The notes beneath the pieces were generated by a model. That model was given only the letters and a program-made list of their open reading frames with translations, was not told the DNA's origin and did not search any database. The translations under genes and the position numbers were made by a program. Of a stretch of 64,000 nucleotides of DNA, positions 18,152-29,023 are shown in pieces; positions within the stretch are counted from its first letter, which is position 1, and the number at the start of each line of letters is the position of its first letter. The stretch is from Nitrospinaceae bacterium (GTDB taxonomy: Bacteria > Nitrospinota > Nitrospinia > Nitrospinales > Nitrospinaceae): assembly GCA_965237905.1 (NCBI GenBank), contig OZ250172.1:128001-192000 (forward strand), in the 5' to 3' direction.

Positions 18152-19086
18152 TGAATCTGGCATCCAAAGATATATTAGGAACCGAGCCGCTCAGCCGGGA
18201 GGAGATCGAAGGCATCCTCGACACCGCGGTTTCCTTCAAGGAAGTGTCGACCCGCCAAATCAAAAAGGTGCCGACCCTGCGCGGCCGCACCATCATCAAT
18301 CTGTTTTTCGAGGCCAGCACGCGCACCCGCACCTCGTTTGAAATCGCCGGCAAGCGGTTGAGCGCGGACGTCATCAATATCTCCGCCTCCACCAGCTCTA
18401 CGGTCAAAGGCGAAAGCCTGCTCGACACCGCCTACAATCTGGAAGCCATGAATCCCGACCTCCTGATCGTGCGGCATTCGGTATCGGGCGCGCCGCACAT
18501 GATCGCGTCCCACGTCAAATGTCCGGTGATCAACGCCGGTGACGGGGCGCATGAGCATCCGACTCAGGCTTTGCTGGACCTGCTCACCATCCGGGAACAC
18601 ACCAAACAACTGACCGGGTTGAAGGTGGCTATTGTCGGAGACATCGCGCACAGCCGGGTGGCCCGGTCGAATATCCATGCCATGCTCAAATGCGGCATGG
18701 ACGTCACTGTGGTCGGTCCCCCGACCATGATTCCGGTGGGTATGGAATGCCTCGGCGTTAAAGTCCTGCACAATCTCGAAGAGGCGGTTTCGCAGGTCGA
18801 TGTGGTCATGATGCTGAGGATTCAACTGGAGCGGCAGAACGAGGGTTTGTTTCCCAGTTTCCGGGAATACTCCAACCTGTTTTGCCTGACTGCGAATAAA
18901 TTGAAACACAGCCGGAAGGACATCCTGATCATGCACCCGGGTCCGGTCAACCGGGGCATCGAAATCGCGCTGGACGTCATGGAAGGCCCGCATTCGGTCA
19001 TCCTCGACCAGGTCAACAATGGCGTCGCCCTGCGGATGGCGCTCATGTATCTTTTGCTGGGAGGCGGGAGTGAAACTGATCATTAA
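18151..19086 (+). CDS. pyrB: Aspartate carbamoyltransferase catalytic subunit
   Basis: [23 protein letters not shown] and MHPGPVNRG motifs. Confidence 0.97.
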   Translation: MNLASKDILGTEPLSREEIEGILDTAVSFKEVSTRQIKKVPTLRGRTIINLFFEASTRTRTSFEIAGKRLSADVINISASTSSTVKGESLLDTAYNLEAMNPDLLIVRHSVSGAPHMIASHVKCPVINAGDGAHEHPTQALLDLLTIREHTKQLTGLKVAIVGDIAHSRVARSNIHAMLKCGMDVTVVGPPTMIPVGMECLGVKVLHNLEEAVSQVDVVMMLRIQLERQNEGLFPSFREYSNLFCLTANKLKHSRKDILIMHPGPVNRGIEIALDVMEGPHSVILDQVNNGVALRMALMYLLLGGGSETDH

Positions 19087-20353
19087 AAACGGCCGGGTCA
19101 TCGATCCCGCCAACAACATAGACGACAAATACGATATCGTGATCGATAAGGGTCTCATTCAATCGGTCACGCCTTCAGGTAAAAGCAAGGATGACGGCTC
19201 GGCAAAAATTATCGATGCCAAAGATTGTGTCGTGGCGCCGGGATTTATGGACATGCACGTCCACTTCCGGGAACCGGGTTTCGAGTACAAGGAGACCATC
19301 GAGAGCGGATGCGAATCCGCCGCCGCTGGAGGATTCACCACCGTCGCCATGATGCCCAATACCAACCCGGTCAACGACAACCGTTCGGTCACCGAACTGA
19401 TGATCTCCCGGGCGAATGCGCATGGCAAGGTTCAGGCGCTTGCCATTGGAGCCATCACCAAGGGTCTTAAAGGCGAGACCCTGTCCGACATGGGGGATTT
19501 AAAAGAAGCAGGCGTCATCGCGTTTTCGGATGACGGCCGGCCGGTCATGAACAATCAGGTCATGCGCCGGGCCTTCGAATACAGCCGGATGTTCGACCTG
19601 CCCCTGATCCAACACAGCGAAATCCTGGATCTGACCCACGACGGGTGCATGAATGAAGGCCGGGTGTCCACCGAGCTGGGCTTGAAGGGAATGCCGACCG
19701 AGGCAGAAGACATCATGGTGTACCGGGATATCGCCCTCTTGGAAAAAACCGGCGGCCGCCTGCATGTGGCGCATATCAGCAGTGGCGAATCCGTCGAATT
19801 GGTCCGCCGGGCGAAGGCTAAAGGCCTGCCGGTGACCTGTGAGGTGGCTCCGCATCATTTCATTTTGACCGATGAATCGGTCCGGGGCTACGACACCAAC
19901 ACCAAAATGAGTCCGCCCTTGAGAGCTCAAAGCGATATCGACGCGATTAAAGAGGGGCTCAAGGATGGAACTATTGATATAATCGCCACGGACCACGCGC
20001 CGCACGACTTGGCTGATAAACAGGCGGATTACCATAACGCCTGTTTCGGGATCGTAGGACTGGAAACAGCCCTCCCCCTGAGCCTCCGGCTGGTCGATGA
20101 AAAAATCCTGACGCTTCCGCAATTGGTCGAAAAACTGACCTCGCGTCCGGCGGAAATTTTCAAGCTGGATCAGGGGACGCTGGGCGTGGGCAAGCAGGCG
20201 GATGTGGTGATCTTTGATCCCGGCCAGGAATATAAGGTCGAGGCGAGCCAATTCAAATCAAAGAGCAAAAACTCGCCCTTCGACGGGTGGCCGGTCAAGG
20301 GCCGGGTCCGGCACACCATAGCTAAAGGAAAAGTAATATACTATATTAGTTAA
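19070..20353 (+). CDS. pyrC: Dihydroorotase (multifunctional-complex type)
   Basis: [23 protein letters not shown] and KSKNSPF motifs. GTG start at 19070 after GGAGG. Confidence 0.95.
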   Translation: MKLIIKNGRVIDPANNIDDKYDIVIDKGLIQSVTPSGKSKDDGSAKIIDAKDCVVAPGFMDMHVHFREPGFEYKETIESGCESAAAGGFTTVAMMPNTNPVNDNRSVTELMISRANAHGKVQALAIGAITKGLKGETLSDMGDLKEAGVIAFSDDGRPVMNNQVMRRAFEYSRMFDLPLIQHSEILDLTHDGCMNEGRVSTELGLKGMPTEAEDIMVYRDIALLEKTGGRLHVAHISSGESVELVRRAKAKGLPVTCEVAPHHFILTDESVRGYDTNTKMSPPLRAQSDIDAIKEGLKDGTIDIIATDHAPHDLADKQADYHNACFGIVGLETALPLSLRLVDEKILTLPQLVEKLTSRPAEIFKLDQGTLGVGKQADVVIFDPGQEYKVEASQFKSKSKNSPFDGWPVKGRVRHTIAKGKVIYYIS

Positions 20354-20397
20354 ACTATATTTATTAAAGTAATACATTAATTATATTATTGGGCGTT

Positions 20398-21525
20398 ATG
20401 GAAGGTATTCTCGCATTAGCGGACGGTAGAACATTCCGGGGAACCCTGTTCGGCGCTACCGGAGAGGCCGAGGGGGAAGTGGTGTTCAACACCAGCATGG
20501 CCGGCTACCAGGAAGTGTTGACCGATCCTTCCTATTGCGGCCAGATGGTGCTGATGACTTATCCGTTGATCGGGAACACCGGCATCAATCCGGAAGATTT
20601 TGAATCCGACCGTCCCCATTTGAGCGCGTTTATCATCAAGGAACTGAGCGGCATTCCCAGCAACTGGAGGTCCAGGGAAACACTGGACGAATTTCTGAAA
20701 AAACACGGCATAGTCGGCCTCCAGGGAATTGATACCCGCGCTCTGACCCGGCATATACGGGACCAGGGGGCCCAGCAGGCAGTCATCTCCCCTGACCTCT
20801 CCAATCCTGACTCCCTCATCCAGAGAGCCAAAAAATCCCCCGGCATGGTGGGCAAGGATCTGGTCCAGGAAGTGACCTGCACGGAACCCTATGGATGGAA
20901 TGAGGGCGATTGGGATCTCCGGCTGGGATACTCCGATCTATCGCACAACGGACATAAGGAAAGTTTTTTTGTGGTAGCCTATGATTTCGGGATCAAGCGC
21001 AATATCCTGCGCTGGCTGACGCAAGTCGGTTGTAAAGTCAAAGTCGTTCCCGCCGCCACCCCGGCTGAAACCGTGTTGGAGATGAAGCCGGATGGAGTGT
21101 TTTTATCCAATGGGCCGGGCGACCCGGCGGCTGTCTCTTATGCCATCCAGAACGTGCGCGATCTGATCGGCAAAGTTCCCATTTTCGGTATTTGCCTGGG
21201 ACACCAGATTCTGAACCTGGCACTGGGTGGCACAACCTATAAGCTTCAGTTCGGCCACCACGGAGGCAACCAACCGGTCATGGACCTGAACAGGCGAAAA
21301 GTGGAAATCACTTCCCAGAATCACGGCTTTGCGGTGGATGATAAAACCGGAAGCGACGACGTGGAGATCACTTGTATCAACCTCAATGACCAGACGGTCG
21401 AGGGCATTCGTCATAAAAAGTATCCTGTTTCGTCTGTTCAATATCATCCGGAAGCCTCTCCGGGTCCTCAGGACTCTTCTTATTTATTCCAGGATTTTGT
21501 CACCCTGATGAAGGAAAATCGATGA
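20398..21525 (+). CDS. carA: Carbamoyl-phosphate synthase small subunit
   Basis: [28 protein letters not shown] and [10 protein letters not shown] motifs. Confidence 0.97.
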   Translation: MEGILALADGRTFRGTLFGATGEAEGEVVFNTSMAGYQEVLTDPSYCGQMVLMTYPLIGNTGINPEDFESDRPHLSAFIIKELSGIPSNWRSRETLDEFLKKHGIVGLQGIDTRALTRHIRDQGAQQAVISPDLSNPDSLIQRAKKSPGMVGKDLVQEVTCTEPYGWNEGDWDLRLGYSDLSHNGHKESFFVVAYDFGIKRNILRWLTQVGCKVKVVPAATPAETVLEMKPDGVFLSNGPGDPAAVSYAIQNVRDLIGKVPIFGICLGHQILNLALGGTTYKLQFGHHGGNQPVMDLNRRKVEITSQNHGFAVDDKTGSDDVEITCINLNDQTVEGIRHKKYPVSSVQYHPEASPGPQDSSYLFQDFVTLMKENR

Positions 21526-22391
21526 TTCGCGAAAACATCAACCAACTGCTGGAAGAAATCACCCGGGACCATCCGCAGGATGATATTTTTCAGGCCAAAA
21601 AGGATTTCCAGAAGATTTCAGGAGAAATTTTCGAAGATGATAAATCCTTTGAGTCCCGCATGGGATGTTTTCTTGAATGGTATACCTTCGACAGAATCTG
21701 CCCGGAGTCTACGTCAACCCCTCTTCAACAGTATCTGCGAAGCTCATCCATCACTCCGGAAAGCAGGGAACTGGCGGAAGCGATCTCCAAGGGTATCCAT
21801 GGACTTTTTATCGCGAAAAAAGTCAAGAGTGATTGCGTGATGGTTGTTGATGTTATGGACAACGAAAAATACCAGGTTCTGGAAAATCAGGGATCCATTC
21901 TTTTCAATTCGGACGATCTTTTTGAAGGGCGACTCATTCCCTACAGAGGGCACTATTATTTTACCGAACATTTTTGTTATCACCCGAAACCTACCGTCGG
22001 ATTTATCCTGGCCAAGGTCAAAAAACTGAAAGCCAGTGAAGAAGAGGCGCTGGCAAAAGAGAAGCGTCTCCAAAAAACTATTGCCTCCCCTCAAAAAAGC
22101 CTTAACAAAATTATCGCCAAGCTTGAAAAAGTGAATGGAAAACTTGCCGGCACAACCAAGGAAAAAAAGATCCAGTCGCTCAAAGAGGAAATCGCGAAAC
22201 TGGAAAACGAGAGGCACGAACTGGAATCACAACTCGCAGATATTGAAAATCAATTAACCCAACTGAGAACGGAAACCATCGAAGGCGAACACAAGCAAAA
22301 TCGTTTCAACTTCATCCGCAAACTTTCCTATATGAGCCTGAAGTGGGAGCGGTCCCGCCAAATCGATGTTCGCGACATTTACCAAGACTGA
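21522..22391 (+). CDS. Hypothetical protein with a long coiled coil, between carA and carB
   Basis: 289-aa ORF overlapping the carA stop (ATGA) and the carB start (TGATG). Confidence 0.8.
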   Translation: MIRENINQLLEEITRDHPQDDIFQAKKDFQKISGEIFEDDKSFESRMGCFLEWYTFDRICPESTSTPLQQYLRSSSITPESRELAEAISKGIHGLFIAKKVKSDCVMVVDVMDNEKYQVLENQGSILFNSDDLFEGRLIPYRGHYYFTEHFCYHPKPTVGFILAKVKKLKASEEEALAKEKRLQKTIASPQKSLNKIIAKLEKVNGKLAGTTKEKKIQSLKEEIAKLENERHELESQLADIENQLTQLRTETIEGEHKQNRFNFIRKLSYMSLKWERSRQIDVRDIYQD

Positions 22392-25300
22392 TGCCTAAAC
22401 GAACCGACATTGAAAAGATATTGATCATCGGCGCCGGCCCGATCATTATCGGCCAAGCCTGCGAATTCGATTATTCAGGAACCCAGGCCTGCAAAGCCCT
22501 GAAGGAAGAGGGATACCAGGTGGTTCTGGTGAACAGTAATCCCGCCACCATTATGACGGATGCAGAGTTCGCACATAGGACCTATGTCGAACCCGTCACT
22601 CCGGAGGTCGTGGCCAAAATCATTGAAAAGGAAAAACCCGATGCCCTGCTCCCGACTATGGGCGGTCAAACCGGTTTGAATACCGCGTTGGCCGTCGCAG
22701 AGATGGGAGTCCTCGCTGAACACAATGTGGAAATGATCGGCGCCGATGTGGACACGATCCACAAGGCGGAGGATCGCCAGCAGTTCAATGAAGCCATGGC
22801 GCGAATCGGTCTGCAAGTGGCCCCCAGCGGTTACGCCGAATCCGTCGAACAAGCCTGGCAGGTCGTCAAGAAAACAAAGTTCCCCGCCATTATCCGGCCG
22901 TCTTTCACTCTGGGCGGCTCCGGCGGCGGCATCGCCTACAGCGAGACGGAGTTTGAAAAGATGGTGAACTGGGCGCTGAGCGCCAGCCCCACGCGCCGGA
23001 TATTGATTGAAAAATCGTTACTGGGATGGAAGGAATACGAACTGGAGGTGATGCGCGACATCAAAGATAACGTGGTCATCGTCTGCTCCATCGAAAACTT
23101 CGACCCCATGGGTATCCACACCGGCGACAGCATCACCGTGGCGCCGGCGCAAACGCTGACCGACAAGGAATATCAGATCATGCGCAACGCGGCGATCGAT
23201 ATCATCCGTGAAATCGGCGTGGAAACGGGGGGCTCCAATATTCAGTTCGCGATCAATCCCGTAAATGGCGAGATGGTGGTGATTGAAATGAATCCCCGGG
23301 TTTCCCGGAGCTCCGCTCTGGCTTCCAAAGCCACGGGCTTCCCCATCGCCAAAATCGCCGCCAAGCTCGCTGTCGGTTACACATTGGATGAAATCCGCAA
23401 CGACATCACCCAAGTCACCCCTGTATCCTTCGAACCGACGCTGGATTACTGCGTGGTGAAAATTCCCCGGTTCACGTTTGAAAAATTTTTCAAGACCCCT
23501 CCCCTGCTGACAACTCAAATGAAATCCGTGGGCGAAGTGATGTCCATTGGCAGAACATTCAAGGAAGCCTTGCAGAAATCGCTTCGGTCACTGGAAATCG
23601 GTATATCCGGATTGGAAGAAAATTTTGAATCGGGCGGGGAGCTTCTTCACGAAAACGAATCGGACTTGAACAGACTCCGGGAAATGCTGGCACTTCCCCA
23701 TTGGGACCGGCTCTGGCACATTGCCGCCGGGTTTCGGCGCGGGCTTTCAGTGGAAGAAATCAATAAGATCACTGCAGTCGATCCCTGGTTTTTATTTAAC
23801 ATAAAAGAAATTGTAGACTTCGAAAGGGAAATCATCCAAATCGGGTCTTTGGATAAATTGTCCGACGGCGACTTGCGTAAAGCCAAACAAATGGGTTACT
23901 CCGACCTGTTTCTCGCCAAGCTCTTAAACTGTAAAGGAACCGAGGTGAACGCCAGAAGGCTATCTGCAAGCATCATTCCTGTGTTCAAGCGGGTGGATAC
24001 CTGCGGAGCGGAATTTGAAGCGCATACTCCTTACCTGTATTCCACTTATGAAGAAGAGTGCGAGGCCAATCCGTCCTACAGGAAAAAAATAATGCTCCTG
24101 GGCGGCGGCCCCAACCGGATCGGCCAGGGAATCGAATTTGATTACTGTTGTGTGCATGCTTCCTTCGCGCTCAGGGAGGAAAATTTTGAAACTATCATGG
24201 TCAACTGCAATCCGGAAACCGTGAGCACGGATTATGATACCTCCGACCGGTTGTATTTTGAGCCGCTCACTTACGAGGACGTACTTCATATTGTTCAGAA
24301 GGAAAAACCGGATGGCGTGATTGTCCAGTTTGGCGGTCAGACGCCGTTACGCTTGGCGATCGCGTTGGAACAGGCGGGTGTTCCCATCATCGGGACCAGC
24401 CCGGATAATATCGACCGGGCGGAAGACCGAAAACGCTTCAAGGGAGTTCTGGAGAAACTCGGTATCCGGCAACCTCAAAACGGTACCGCCACCTCGCTGG
24501 AGGAAGCCCGGACGATTGCCGAGGAAATTGGGTATCCCGTGATGGTGCGACCTTCGTACGTTTTGGGAGGGCGCGCCATGGAAATCGTTTATAACCAGGC
24601 CAGTCTCGACCGTTATATGCGGTTCGCTGTCAAAGCTTCGCCGGAGCATCCGGTTCTGATCGATGACTTTCTGGACAACGCGACCGAACTGGATGTCGAT
24701 GCCATTTCAGATGGACAGCAGGTGGTCATTGGCGGCGTCATGGAGCATATCGAGGAAGCGGGTATCCATTCCGGCGACAGCGCCTGCTCTCTCCCGCCCT
24801 TCACTATTCCTCTGGCTGTAACGGATGAGATCAAACAGCAAACCCGCGAGCTGGCCCGGGAATTGAATGTCATAGGCTTGCTCAATATTCAATTCGCCGT
24901 CAGGGATGGTGAGATATTTGTTCTGGAGGTCAATCCCCGCGCCTCCCGGACGATCCCCTTTGTCAGCAAAGCCATCGGTGTGCCTCTGGCCAAACTGGCC
25001 GCCAAGGTGATGGCGGGCAAAACTCTCAGCGAGTTGGGATTCACCGAGGAAAGAGAAATTTCGCATATTGCCGTCAAGGAATCGGTTTTCCCTTTTATCA
25101 AATTTTCCGATGTCGATATCCTGCTGGGCCCTGAAATGAAATCCACGGGCGAGGTGATGGGTTTGGACACCAGTTTCGGCCGGGCCTTTGCCAAGTCTCA
25201 AATAGCCACTGGAATCAAACTGCCTCCACAAGGAATGGTGTTTATCAGTGTCAAAGAGGGAGATAAATCGGCCGCGGGAAAAATCGGAAAAAGTCTGGCG

Positions 25301-25642
25301 GAACTGGGCTATCAGTTGATGGCAACCCAAGGCACCGGAGATTACCTGAGAGACCTTGGACTGGAAGTCGCTCACATCAACAAGGTCAAGGAGGGCTCGC
25401 CTCATATTGTGGAATCACTCGAAGCCGGTAAAGTGGATTTTATGGTCAACACCACATTCGGTGAGCAGGCGGTGAAGGACTCTTTCTCCATGCGCCGCGC
25501 TTCGCTGACACAAAACCTGCCCTACTGCACCACCATTTCGGGAGCGTTCGCACTGGTAGACGCCTTGCAATCCCTCAAGACTTCCAGCCTGTCCCTTTCT
25601 CCCTTGCAGGAATACTGGAAGAACGAAACACAAACCGCCTAG
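22391..25642 (+). CDS. carB: Carbamoyl-phosphate synthase large subunit
   Basis: MPKRTDI start, [10 protein letters not shown], duplicated ATP-grasp halves, C-terminal MGS domain. Confidence 0.98.
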   Translation: MPKRTDIEKILIIGAGPIIIGQACEFDYSGTQACKALKEEGYQVVLVNSNPATIMTDAEFAHRTYVEPVTPEVVAKIIEKEKPDALLPTMGGQTGLNTALAVAEMGVLAEHNVEMIGADVDTIHKAEDRQQFNEAMARIGLQVAPSGYAESVEQAWQVVKKTKFPAIIRPSFTLGGSGGGIAYSETEFEKMVNWALSASPTRRILIEKSLLGWKEYELEVMRDIKDNVVIVCSIENFDPMGIHTGDSITVAPAQTLTDKEYQIMRNAAIDIIREIGVETGGSNIQFAINPVNGEMVVIEMNPRVSRSSALASKATGFPIAKIAAKLAVGYTLDEIRNDITQVTPVSFEPTLDYCVVKIPRFTFEKFFKTPPLLTTQMKSVGEVMSIGRTFKEALQKSLRSLEIGISGLEENFESGGELLHENESDLNRLREMLALPHWDRLWHIAAGFRRGLSVEEINKITAVDPWFLFNIKEIVDFEREIIQIGSLDKLSDGDLRKAKQMGYSDLFLAKLLNCKGTEVNARRLSASIIPVFKRVDTCGAEFEAHTPYLYSTYEEECEANPSYRKKIMLLGGGPNRIGQGIEFDYCCVHASFALREENFETIMVNCNPETVSTDYDTSDRLYFEPLTYEDVLHIVQKEKPDGVIVQFGGQTPLRLAIALEQAGVPIIGTSPDNIDRAEDRKRFKGVLEKLGIRQPQNGTATSLEEARTIAEEIGYPVMVRPSYVLGGRAMEIVYNQASLDRYMRFAVKASPEHPVLIDDFLDNATELDVDAISDGQQVVIGGVMEHIEEAGIHSGDSACSLPPFTIPLAVTDEIKQQTRELARELNVIGLLNIQFAVRDGEIFVLEVNPRASRTIPFVSKAIGVPLAKLAAKVMAGKTLSELGFTEEREISHIAVKESVFPFIKFSDVDILLGPEMKSTGEVMGLDTSFGRAFAKSQIATGIKLPPQGMVFISVKEGDKSAAGKIGKSLAELGYQLMATQGTGDYLRDLGLEVAHINKVKEGSPHIVESLEAGKVDFMVNTTFGEQAVKDSFSMRRASLTQNLPYCTTISGAFALVDALQSLKTSSLSLSPLQEYWKNETQTA

Positions 25643-25663
25643 GAAGATTCCAAATTCTATTTT

Positions 25664-26644
25664 TTACTGAGGAGATACTGAAGAGAGTGCAGGCTTCCTG
25701 GCGTTTTTTAGAGTTTTGGGCAGGGGTTTGGACCTTTTGGAGCGAACCAGGTTTCCCTTTACGAAATCCCCTCCAGCCATAATGACAGCTTCGGAAAACC
25801 CTTCCTGAACATTAATGACTCGAACCACACCCAGCTTGGTCAAGCGGTCACCGATATCCTCCTTGTAAAGAGGATCGGGAAAATTCACATCGACACTGTA
25901 CACGACAAACTCATCCCGGATTTCCACTCCGCTTTTTTGGCCGAGATTGATAATCATTTGCTCTTCTTCTTTTTCAATGGCAATCACCTGGCCGTCCAAT
26001 GGAACACGATCCAGGTAATCCACGAGGGTGGGCATTACCCTGTCAGTGATTCGACTCAGCGCCCTTCCCATAAAAGTTTTGCGAAAATCCGGACTTCCAA
26101 GATTTAAAGAGCTTTGCGAATAACCCAGAGGGAACTCGCCATCCTTCGATTTCTCGTTGAGGACAAATCCGGTAACAAAACGTCGGGTTTGCCCCTGAAA
26201 GACTTTAAACTCAATCTGGACTTCCGCCGAACGGGACATCTTTTTTTCGGATTTGGTACTTTCCAAATTGACCGGCAAAGCGGGCCGGTATTTGACAATC
26301 TCTCCAGAAATGATGATTTGGGCCGGGCTACTCTTCCCAGACATACCACCAGAAACCGGACTCTTGCTGTTGACCGCATTCCCTTTTTCATCTTTTATTC
26401 CAGGGGACTCCTGGCCCATGAACCGTACCAGGGTCACATTTTCCTGTTGAACCAATTTTTGCTTGAGCAGGCCCGAAACCAAGGCACCCGGATTATAAGT
26501 TCCCACCCAGCCGGGAGGATTTTGAAACGGTTGGACTTGAACCTTTTTTTTATAAGGGATGGAGGCCGCTGAAACAGTAGAATGATGGGTCACAGTCATT
26601 AATAAAGAAATAACCAGCAGGGATAAATAGATTCTGGGTTTCAT
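25664..26644 (-). CDS. Exported CsgG/FlgT-like protein (TolB-N-like domain + FlgT C-terminal beta-barrel)
   Basis: Signal peptide at MKPRIYLSLL, IISGEIV strand, C-terminal INLGQKSGVEIRDEF..DP..G pattern seen in FlgT_C. Confidence 0.6.
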   Translation of the reverse strand: MKPRIYLSLLVISLLMTVTHHSTVSAASIPYKKKVQVQPFQNPPGWVGTYNPGALVSGLLKQKLVQQENVTLVRFMGQESPGIKDEKGNAVNSKSPVSGGMSGKSSPAQIIISGEIVKYRPALPVNLESTKSEKKMSRSAEVQIEFKVFQGQTRRFVTGFVLNEKSKDGEFPLGYSQSSLNLGSPDFRKTFMGRALSRITDRVMPTLVDYLDRVPLDGQVIAIEKEEEQMIINLGQKSGVEIRDEFVVYSVDVNFPDPLYKEDIGDRLTKLGVVRVINVQEGFSEAVIMAGGDFVKGNLVRSKRSKPLPKTLKNARKPALSSVSPQ

Positions 26645-26773
26645 GATATCCGCATAAGTTAGGTTAGAGGTTGCTTTCCATTTTACGGGAAAAATGCAAT
26701 GAATAAAAGAATTTATCATAGATCTTTGAATCCTTTTCTTGACATTTCCCTCAGTAAAAGTAAAATTTCGCCC

Positions 26774-27526
26774 ATGCAAAAATTTCATGCTATCACTGTC
26801 ATTTTGTTGTGCTTCCTCCTGCTCCCTGCGGTTTCTCAAGCCAAAAAATCGGGCAAGGAAATGGTTAAGATTCCCAAAGGGTGCTTCCAGATGGGAGCTG
26901 CCGAAATCCACAGTTATTTCGATCACGAGCAAAACGACCGGGAGCGCCCGGTCCACAAGGTTTGCCTGGATTCCTTTTATATCGACAAATATGAGGCTTC
27001 CCAAAAGAAATTTAAGAAAATAATGGACAGGAACCCTTCCAAATTGTTCAACGATGATTGGCCGGCCGACCATGTCCGGTTTCAGGATGCGGAGACCTAT
27101 TGTTCCCTGCAGGGAAAACGGCTCCCCACGGAAGCGGAATGGGAATATGCCGCCCGCGCTGGAAGCAAGGCGGAAAATCCTTTTGGAAAAAAGTTCAATG
27201 ACCATGTATGGCATGCCACCAACTCGGTCCGAACCCATCATCCGGTAGGGAGCAAGAAACCCAATACCTGGGGCGCTCACGATATGCTGGGCAGTGTCTG
27301 GGAATGGGTATCGGACTGGTATTCTCCCAGCTATTACCAGAACAGCCCTCAAAAAAATCCCAAAGGTCCCAAAGACCGCCGGAGCCATCATGTGATCCGT
27401 GGCGGTTCCTGGGCGGATGATGGATCCCTCATTCGTGTGAGTAGCCGTCACCCGGGAATGGCCGATGCCACCGAATCGTTCCTGGTCGGCGTGCGTTGCG
27501 CGCGAAGTATAAAAGGCGGAAAATAA
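26774..27526 (+). CDS. Formylglycine-generating enzyme (SUMF1/FGE-sulfatase) family protein, exported
   Basis: FQMG, ERPVHKV, RLPTEAEWEYAARAG, DMLGSVWEW, RGGSW and GVRCA motifs. Signal peptide. Confidence 0.9.
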   Translation: MQKFHAITVILLCFLLLPAVSQAKKSGKEMVKIPKGCFQMGAAEIHSYFDHEQNDRERPVHKVCLDSFYIDKYEASQKKFKKIMDRNPSKLFNDDWPADHVRFQDAETYCSLQGKRLPTEAEWEYAARAGSKAENPFGKKFNDHVWHATNSVRTHHPVGSKKPNTWGAHDMLGSVWEWVSDWYSPSYYQNSPQKNPKGPKDRRSHHVIRGGSWADDGSLIRVSSRHPGMADATESFLVGVRCARSIKGGK

Positions 27527-27561
27527 ATCCCCCTTCCTTTCATCGGCATCTAATAAAGTAG

Positions 27562-28224
27562 TTGCAACGACCCCCTAACCCCAAAACTCAGTTGAATTCT
27601 AAAACCGTCAATACAATTTATGAAAAATTGCATCGGAGTCTTCCCGACGCCCGCTCGGAATTGGTTTATCAAAATCCATTTCAACTGCTTATCGCTGTGA
27701 TTTTAAGCGCACAGGCAACAGATAAATCCGTCAATGCAGTCACTCCCGATTTATTTAAAAATCACCCGACCCCAAAGGCTCTATTGGCACTGGGAGAAAC
27801 CAAACTGAAAAAATCCATTCAAACGATCGGGTTGGCCCCGACCAAAGCGAAAAACATCATCAAAACATGTCAAATACTTCTGGAACAATTTGACGGTCAA
27901 GTTCCCGATAACCGGGAGAATCTTGAAAGCCTTCCCGGGGTCGGCCGCAAAACGGCAAATGTGGTCCTGAACGAGGGTTTCGATCAACCGACCCTCGCCG
28001 TGGACACGCATGTTTTCCGTCTCGCCAACCGAACCGGTCTGGCGCCGGGGAAAAATGTACTGGAGACGGAACTGAAACTTCTGGAAGTGACTCCTAAAAA
28101 ATGGCTGAAGCAGGCCCACCGTTACCTCATTCTTCACGGACGCTATGTTTGCAAAGCTAAAAATTATCTGTGCGCAGACTGTGTCATTAGCCGGGAATGC
28201 GAGTACCCTGATAAAAAGATTTGA
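27562..28224 (+). CDS. nth: Endonuclease III
   Basis: LSAQATDKSVN, HhH LPGVGRKTANVV, AVDTHV and a C-terminal 4-Cys Fe-S motif. Start uncertain. Confidence 0.95.
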   Translation: MQRPPNPKTQLNSKTVNTIYEKLHRSLPDARSELVYQNPFQLLIAVILSAQATDKSVNAVTPDLFKNHPTPKALLALGETKLKKSIQTIGLAPTKAKNIIKTCQILLEQFDGQVPDNRENLESLPGVGRKTANVVLNEGFDQPTLAVDTHVFRLANRTGLAPGKNVLETELKLLEVTPKKWLKQAHRYLILHGRYVCKAKNYLCADCVISRECEYPDKKI

Positions 28225-28248
28225 ATCGAACTTTTTCAACTTTTGCTT

Positions 28249-29013
28249 ATGAGACAATCGCCTATTAGACATTTCGATGATATCGTTGCCCGTCTCAAAG
28301 CCTCTCTGAATCCAGTGGGCGAGTTGACTGAAGTGGATACTCTCCCGGCTGGAAACCGCGATTATCCTTTGATCAAAATCGTTTTGGGGAAGAGGAACCC
28401 CCGACGCGTCCTGATTTCGGGTGGTATCCATGGCGACGAGCCGGCGGGAGTGGAAACCGTTTGCGCTTTTCTGGAAAATAAACTTTACCAAAATTTTTTG
28501 GAGAATTGGGAGTTTACCCTGCTCCCTTGCATCAACCCTTCAGGGTTTGAAGCGGGAACCCGCAATAATCAGGACGACATCGACCTCAATCGAAAGTTCA
28601 AGGAAGACCAAGTACCCCGTGAAGTCGCTTTCGTTAAAAATATTCTGGAACACCCCTATGACCTGGACCTGGAGCTTCACGAAGATGTAGACAGTCCCGG
28701 ATATTATCTTTACCAGAAAGATCAAACGAGCGATCTGTCTTCTCTGGGACGGACTATTCTGGACCGGGTGGAATCGATTCACCCCTTGAACCTGGCAGAG
28801 GAAATTGAGGAGATGCCGGCGGAGCGGGGATTGTTAAGCCGTCTATCCGAACCTGATGAGATGGAGTGGTGGCCGATGGCCCTGTATGCCTACGCACGTG
28901 GTTGTAGGCATGTATTTACGCTGGAAACTTCGCCTGCCTTGCCGATGGATGTTCGTACTAAAGCTCACCTGCAGGCTATTCAGACCGCTTTGGAATACAT
29001 GGAAGGAAAATAG
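28249..29013 (+). CDS. M14-family zinc carboxypeptidase / deacylase
   Basis: GIHGDEPAG, NP.G, DLNR, LHED and TLET motifs. Confidence 0.85.
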   Translation: MRQSPIRHFDDIVARLKASLNPVGELTEVDTLPAGNRDYPLIKIVLGKRNPRRVLISGGIHGDEPAGVETVCAFLENKLYQNFLENWEFTLLPCINPSGFEAGTRNNQDDIDLNRKFKEDQVPREVAFVKNILEHPYDLDLELHEDVDSPGYYLYQKDQTSDLSSLGRTILDRVESIHPLNLAEEIEEMPAERGLLSRLSEPDEMEWWPMALYAYARGCRHVFTLETSPALPMDVRTKAHLQAIQTALEYMEGK

Positions 29014-29023
29014 AGCTTAGAAA

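Noticed and set aside
18175..19158. Long antisense ORFs over pyrB (and similar ones over pyrR, pyrC, carB and the 45-47 kb gene)
   Set aside because: Typical shadows of GC-rich coding strands with no protein motifs.
25664..27451. 595-aa minus-strand ORF in the track
   Set aside because: Its N-terminal ~270 aa mostly shadow the antisense strand of the FGE-family gene. The real protein most likely starts at ATG 26644 with a signal peptide.
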